Source: Lama guanicoe
Taxonomy: Eukaryota
Assembly (NCBI GenBank): GCA_013239625.1
Contig: MU054338.1
Coordinates: forward strand, 5,556,724-5,620,723
Direction: 5' to 3'
DNA length: 64,000 bases
Of this stretch, positions 23,974-64,000 are shown piece after piece (the first letter of the stretch is position 1; each line of letters opens with the position of its first letter). The position numbers and the translations under genes are program-made. A model generated the notes under the pieces. The model was not told the DNA's origin and searched no databases. It was given only the letters and a program-made list of their open reading frames with translations.

Positions 23974-24250
23974 CCTCGGGCCCGTTCGGCCTCTTGTTCC
24001 CGCGGTTCCAGCGGCTCCAACTAAGGCTGCGGCAATTCCTTTGACGGCCGGGGGCTCGCGCTCACGTCGGCGCCATTTTTCGCCTTCCAGATCTCGCGAG
24101 AACTGGGGCGGGGCCTGCGTACGGTGCTCCGCGAAGGGGCGGGGCGTGAGAGCCGGGATGCTCCTGGACTGCAGTGCCTTCGCAGGTGCGGACTTGCAAG
24201 CCAAAGGCAGTCTTCGGGGTGCACTTTTAACAGAGTCTATGCGCACAAGT
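23550..24250. promoter_or_regulatory. CpG-island promoter of ZNF414
   Basis: CpG-dense; GC boxes GGGGCGGGG at ~24104 and ~24136; palindrome TCTCGCGAGA at ~24092; YY1-like AAAATGGCG (minus) at ~24071-24079. Confidence 0.85.
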
Positions 24251-24599
24251 CTGCGATTAAAATCTTCCTGGGCCTCTGTGTCCTCGTCTGCAAAGTGAGC
24301 ATCTTCATTCCCTCCCGTCCTGTCACCCTACCTGGAAAGGGGGTAACAGTTTTGTTTTTTAAAGAGGCCTTGCTGAGTGAGCCGCCTCTTTGAAGCGAAA
24401 TTGGAAATTGCCAAAATTCCCAATGCGCTTAGTTCTGAAATTGGAATGGGTCAGTTGAGATAGCCAAGGGCAGGAAGCAAGCTACCTGTCCGTCCTCTGG
24501 ACAAACAGAACAGGATGGAAAGGTGTGTGTGTGTGTGTGTGTGTTTCCAGGAGGATGGACAGAGAACACTGGGTGTACCAGCATGCAATGAGTCACCTA

Positions 24600-25100
24600 T
24601 TCGGCCTACGATCCTTGAATGCTTACTGTGTGCTAGGCGCTGGGGACCTCGCGATGAACAGGACAGACATCCACTCCCTGAGGAGCCGCTCAATTTTAAA
24701 ATGGGGAAGCGAACAGTGAATCGACAAATGCAGAAAACGATCTTATGTTATATTAAGTGTTACAAGGAAAACAAACAGACAAACAGAAGGATGTGATGGT
24801 GATTGGTCAGGGAAGTTTCTCTGTGAGTCTGTGAGTGACTTCTGAGCTGTGGCCTGATGATCAGGAAGGAGTGAGCCAATGGAAGTTCAGGTGGCCAGAG
24901 AGCTCTGGGAAGAGTGGATAGCTGGTGCAAGTGGCCTGAGTTGGAGAGGGACAGCTTGTCTTTTTCAAGAAACAGTGAGATGATCAGCACATTACTGGAG
25001 CAGAGTGGAGGCAGGGTGAGGAGGTCAGAAAGTGAACATGGTGCAAGGAAGCTTATGCAGGGGCCTTGGGAACCGTGGAAAGAGAGAAGTGTGGTCTCTA
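24600..25100 (+). mobile_element. Old L2 LINE fragment
   Basis: gaatgcttactgtgtgctaggcgctgggga...gtcagggaagtttctctg...gctggtgcaagtggcctgag resembles the L2 3' region; approximate. Confidence 0.6.
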
Positions 25101-25500
25101 TTCTAGCCACTCAATTTTTGGCAGGAGGAGGTACACCATCTGATCACCGGTGTTTGTTTGGAGGGCGGATTATTGTGGGGACTGTAAAGTGGATCTTTGA
25201 CCTCAGATCTCTATAAAAGATTATTTAACCATTCAAGAGGTGTTAAGTTCTCAGCAAGCATAGACTTTATATGCAATGTATTTCTATCTATGTACCAGCC
25301 TGCTTTTATATGCAAAGTTTACCATTAGAAGGAGACATTAACATACTGGGGAGGGGGACAGGAATTTTTGAGTGAGGGGAAGACAGATTTTTCACACTTA
25401 AGGGCTGCTGGAATTGAAAAACTGTTCTCTTTTGATTATCATTAATATGGTTAAGAACTCATTAATTAAAAAAACCATATCATTTTGATGCGAGGTGGAG

Positions 25501-25504
25501 GCGC

Positions 25505-25572
<68 letters not shown>
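25501..25572. repeat. (GC)3(GT)33 microsatellite
   Basis: Directly visible perfect dinucleotide run. Confidence 0.97.
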
Positions 25573-25574
<2 letters not shown>

Positions 25575-26866
25575 GGGAGGCTGGTGCAACCTGGGGAAGG
25601 GTGGGGTGAGGTCTCAGAAAGGACAGGGAACCAAGAAAGGGAGAGGAGGGCCTGGACTTAAGAAATTTTGTAAAAGAGTCAACAGGATGTTGCCTAGTGG
25701 GTGGGGCCAAGGTGACTGAGGTTTGCAGTCTGAAGATGATGTAGAATATGTCAAACCCACTCCCTTCTTCATCCCCAGTGCCCTGCCCGAATCTCAGCCA
25801 TTTGTCCTGCCGGAAAGGCCCTATTTCTTGCAAATAGGGTGCAGCCATGCCGGTGGGGCCACAGGGCTGTACCCCAAAGTACCAGGAGTGGGGGGCAGCC
25901 TGCATGGTGAGTTCTAGGGTAGAGAAGGGAGACAGAGGCCCTCATCCCCCTGTAGCACCAGGAAATGCCCAGCTGATGAGGTTGTGGCTCCCACAGTCCT
26001 TGCCCAGTCTGTCCTCAAATCTTAAGTCTTTCAGAGAGCAATGCTCAGTGGTGGTTGGGCAGTGGAGGGACGAAAATCAGAGATGGAGGGAACCAAGGAC
26101 ATTCAAGGGACTGGTTAAATGCTTTTGTAGAATGACTGGCTAATTAAAAGGCTGCTGAGACCCAGTTGCAAAATTGGGATTTTATTTTTTTTCCAGCCAC
26201 ACTCAGCTTCCCAAAGTAGGTGCAGAAGAGACAAGGTGCAGATCCTGCAGAAGATTCTGCAGACCAGTCTTTCTTTGATACCGCATCTCCCATCCTCCAG
26301 TCCCCTGCCTGAAGTCCTCCCATCACAGTGGGTGGTATTTGCCATCAAGATCTGGTGGGACTGACCCTTTGCATCCTTCTTGGCTCCTCCAGAAAACCCC
26401 ACAATCTCTCTGCCTCCCCCTCCCCTGGTCCAGCCCCTGTCCCTTCTCTGACCCCACCAATCTGGCTCCATACAAACAGAGGGTGAGGGACAGGGTCCAG
26501 GGGTGGCCCAAGTGGATTGTGGGAGGCCATGTGGGACCTGCCTCCTTCCATGGGGTCCAGTTGGTTCCCAGATGGGTTTTGGAGGTATAGATTCAAAGCT
26601 GACGGGACCCACTGGAACATTTTCTGCAGGAAAGCTGGCATGCAGCTTCTGGAACCTGGCAGGTGAGACAAACTCAAGCTTTGTGAGGGAAAGGAGGATA
26701 AATGAGCTTAAGACTTGGCTCTGTAGAATCTCAGGTGAGTGACTAAAGCTCTCCGGGTCCATTTTTCCATCTGTAAAATGGGATATTCAAGGCTCCTACC
26801 TCACAGGGCTGTGAGGAGGTAGTCCTTGTTGGCACTCAGTTAATTCATGTTTTCACCCGGCAAATA

Positions 26867-26872
26867 TTTATT
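26867..26872 (-). terminator. MYO1F polyadenylation signal AATAAA
   Basis: tttatt on + strand ~350 nt beyond the MYO1F stop. Confidence 0.75.
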
Positions 26873-27217
26873 GCCTCCGTGATGAGAGAAGGAGGGAAGT
26901 CACACTTGTCAAGGTCCCCCTGACTGTGCCTGGCAATTTGCCTACTGGACACAACTCATTTTGTGTTCACAAGGCAGCTGGGAGGTAGGTTCTGCTCTTT
27001 GCCCTGTTTGGCACAGGAGGAGATGGGTATGACAGAGGATTGGGTGGCCAGGGCCCTGTGGGTGGCTACAGTGGTGACCCCTAGACCCAGGGTGTGGGCT
27101 AGGCTGCGCTGGAGGCCCCAGGACTGGACCTCTGGCCAGCATAGCCAAGGCAAGCGAGACCCCATTGCAGGGCCTGGCAGATAGCGGGAGGGCAGGCAGA
27201 TCTGAGCCCCATCCAGC

Positions 27218-57615
<30,398 letters not shown>

Positions 57616-57769
57616 GGTGGGGGTCGTTTTCTGGGCCCCTGGGGGGAGCCTGAATGGTGGTGGTGGGGGTACAGGCTCAGGGGGCTCCTGGGGGCGGCTC
57701 GGGCATGGCCCTGCTCCTGCTCTTTCAGCGGACTCCCAGCCCTGGTTCCTCTTACAACAGCCCCCTTCT

Positions 57770-57832
57770 CACTTCCTTTGACGGGAGGGGCCCGCGGCTA
57801 CAGAGGAGGGAAGCTGGGCCCTGGGGGCGGGG
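57770..57832 (-). promoter_or_regulatory. MYO1F proximal promoter: PU.1/ETS site and GC box
   Basis: AAAGGAAGTG (minus, 57770-57779) and GGGGGCGGGG (57823-57832), ~160-220 nt upstream of the ATG; MYO1F is leukocyte-expressed. Confidence 0.6.
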
Positions 57833-59163
57833 AGAGAGCCTAGATGGGGCCGAGGCAGCTGGTTGTCTGGGGCTCTGAGCCTGAAGGGAGAGGTCAGAAT
57901 CGATGGCAGCGGCTGTCAGACCCCAGAAAGCTGCATCTCCAACTTTGCCAGGTCGCGGCTGCAGCAAACAGCATGCAGATCAGCTAGCTGCAGGACTGAC
58001 TGCTCTCTCCAGGGGCACCCCCAGGAGGCATCTGAGCTGCTGAGATCTCTTGGAAATCACTTCGGGTGTGTGTCCGTTCTGGGCATCCCTGAGCCAGCTC
58101 CCACTTCCAGAGCCACCTCTACAGGTCCTTCTTCCAGAAGGGACCCGGGAGCCACCTGTGTTGGTGTCAGGGGGAGGGCAGCGGGAGTGGAGGGTGCCAA
58201 GACCCAGGGACACCCTGAAGGTCCCAGACTTTGGATGTCAACTGGAATTCCAAGCCCCCCAGCTCTGCTAGTTCCGAGATCTCCCCCATTTCCTCATCAT
58301 AAAACGGAGGCGGGGGCCCTCCCAGCAGCGCCCGGCACACAAGGGATCCATCCAGTGTTGGCCCAGCTCCTGATCTTTGGGAGACCAGCAGGCCACGTCC
58401 GGGTCTCTAGGCATTTGAGGAAATGGCAGTTCCGAGAGGCTATCACCTCCTCGTGCCACCCAGCGAGGAGGTGGCGGAGACAGAAGTCCGACCGGGGAGA
58501 GCCGGCGGCTAGGGATATCCCTGAGCCCCGGGCGGCACACAGCATCCGGCCTGGAGGGTGGCGCTCCGCGGCGCCCCCTAGTGGGCACACATGGGGAGGA
58601 GCCTGTTTCTCCCCGGATCGCCCGCGCAAGTTTGCTGAACCGACTGGCTTGGCTCTCGCAAAACTCAACACCGCCTCTAGACACTAGGAGTGAAGAACCT
58701 CACCTTGTTGGGGGCATCAGGGTAGGCTTCTGGGTGGAGGCACCGTTTGTACTGAGACAGCAGGGTGAGTGGGGGTTCACCAGGTGAAGAGGGAAGGGGA
58801 GGATACCTCTGGCAGAGGAAACAGCTCTAGCAGAGGCCTCAAGATGGGACGGTGGTGGGAGATTGAGGAACTTCCAGGAGTCTAGTGCGGCTGGAATATG
58901 CACAGTGACGAGGAGTGTGGTCACTGGGATGGCAGGCGACAGACTGGGTTGCTTTGAGAGCCTCCGTGAGAAGCTGTATTTTTGACCTAAAATCACCGGG
59001 CTCCGGCCTGTGTTAGTAAAATCCCCCTTTGGGCTGCTGGGGGCCACCTGTGAGCGGCTGTGGCCGCTTCCAGGATGGGGTGAGGGTTGAGGGACAGCTG
59101 AATGTGACCACGGACGCACACGCACACGCACAACCTCGCACGGAAATCTACACAAGACAGAAC

Positions 59164-59169
59164 TTTATT
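59164..59169 (-). terminator. ADAMTS10 polyadenylation signal AATAAA
   Basis: tttatt on + strand, with a GT-rich element downstream on the minus strand. Confidence 0.8.
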
Positions 59170-59787
59170 GATGTAGGGCTTCCTGGCGAGGGGTGTTTGG
59201 GCCCCAGGGCAGGGCCTGTAGCACCATGATGGGGGTAGGCCTGGAAGATGGGGTCCCCCTGGGGCAGATCTAACCAGCTCTTCGTCACCCCTGTAGCTGG
59301 TCTGGTCAGGGGGAGGGAGTCAGGGAGGTGGTGCTAATCCCCTCCCCCATAGCGGACAGAGACCCCCCCCCCGCTCAAAGTGGAGGGGTAGGGCAGTGCT
59401 GGTGGGGCCAGGGCAATGGCTGACCCCCTTCCCACCCCCACTCTTCACAGTACGTATTCCGATCAAAGGCGGGGGTAGTGTTGGGTACTCGCTAAGGATG
59501 GGTGGAAAGGGCGCTAGGGTGAACAGTTGTTCCCACCTCAAACCCACCCAGGAGGGAGGTCTCACTATGAACTGGGAGAGGGACAGAGGAGTGGCCCTGG
59601 GCATGGCCAGCCCCTCTCCAACCCCCACCGGGGGCCCTGCAGGGGTTCCCAATAAATAACCTCCGGCTCTATCTCACCCTTCACTCCCAGCTCCCGCCCC
59701 CTCGGGCTCCTTCGGGCTGGCCAGCTGCAGGCTGGTCCCCCCACTCCCAGCTGGCGCTCAACTGTAGCTCCGAAGGCCGCGCGCCCC

Positions 59788-63035
<3,248 letters not shown>

Positions 63036-64000
63036 CTGGACAGCAGAGCTCAGATGTCACCCACTCCGTCTGTCCCCTGCACCTGCCTGCCTCCCTTATT
63101 CCTGGTCCCTGATGATAGCAGCTAACCATTTCTATGCTAAGCACTTACAGGGACAGCCCCCTGCATCCCGAGCTCTGGAGCTGTGAGGTACATGTGTCAG
63201 TGTGCCCATTTTACTGATGACAAAATGGAGGCTCTGAGAGGCAAAGAAATTTACCTAGCTTTTATGGCTAGGAAGTAGCCAGGCTGGGATTTGAATCCAA
63301 ATTTTTGTACCTCTCTAACCACCAGAATGGTCTAATCCACCCCCTACGCCCCCAACCAGCAGCTGGGCTGGGCTTGGGCAGAGAAAGGGGTACCATGGGG
63401 CGCTGATATGGGTGTGGTGGTTTAGCAGTCTGAGTCAAGGATGCAGGAGGTTCTATCACTTACTACCTGTATGATCTTGGGCCCCTGTGAACTCTCTATC
63501 CCTTTCCACCTGTGCCCCCCACGACTACTGGTTTATCTGTCTGGACCCCCACACTGTCCCCTGAACTCCACACTTGGCCCCTAGTGTGTCCCCTAAGGTG
63601 GGCTTGGTCCCCTAAGCCCACCTTCCCAGCCACCACTCCCTAGGGTCTCTTGCCTAAAGCCCAAGGCTGGGAAGCACTCAAATTCACCACACCCTGTAGA
63701 TACACTCGCCCCTAGTAAGCTTTGGCTTGAGCATAGACCCTCAGCCCCCTCGGAGAGTGATCCCCCGCCCCTCTACCTGCAAGACCCAGCATGAGGCCCT
63801 CAGGATGGGGGAGGGGAGAGATTTAGGCCCCCACCTCCTTGGACACATTGATCACCAAGGTTCAGGCACCAGAGCCCAAGCCAGTTCCTGACCCTGACCT
63901 GGGGCATTGCTGTACCCCGAGGACCATTTGGGGTCCCTCAACCCTCCCAGGCCCCTTGGCTACTTGGGGTGAGCCTGGCTTTCGGCCACTAAATGTGGAG

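Noticed and set aside
57863..58687. 274-aa + strand ORF upstream of MYO1F
   Set aside because: Non-ATG start in GC-rich promoter-flanking sequence with no recognisable homology

Overview
Mammalian genomic DNA from the conserved HNRNPM-PRAM1-ZNF414-MYO1F-ADAMTS10 block (human 19p13.2 synteny). The tRNA-derived SINEs and a young L1 tail suggest a camelid, which is an inference. I traced exons by hand, with splice sites and reading phases, for the 3' end of HNRNPM (+), complete PRAM1, ZNF414 and MYO1F (all -), and the 3' end of ADAMTS10 (-). The main unexpected element is an intron-containing, disabled ANP32-family gene on the + strand between PRAM1 and ZNF414 (~17.6-20.2 kb). It keeps ANP32A/B-like exon boundaries, LRR/LRRCT motifs, an acidic tail, a decayed KRKR NLS and a polyA signal, but has a stop codon and frameshifts. 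It is plausibly the relic of a fourth ANP32 ohnologue. Other notable items are a U12-like MYO1F intron with a degenerate donor, a GC-AG intron, a possible internal MYO1F promoter, two solo ERV LTRs with target-site duplications and a degenerate ~37-bp intronic repeat. All protein and repeat-family identifications come from my recall of these sequences, not from a database search.
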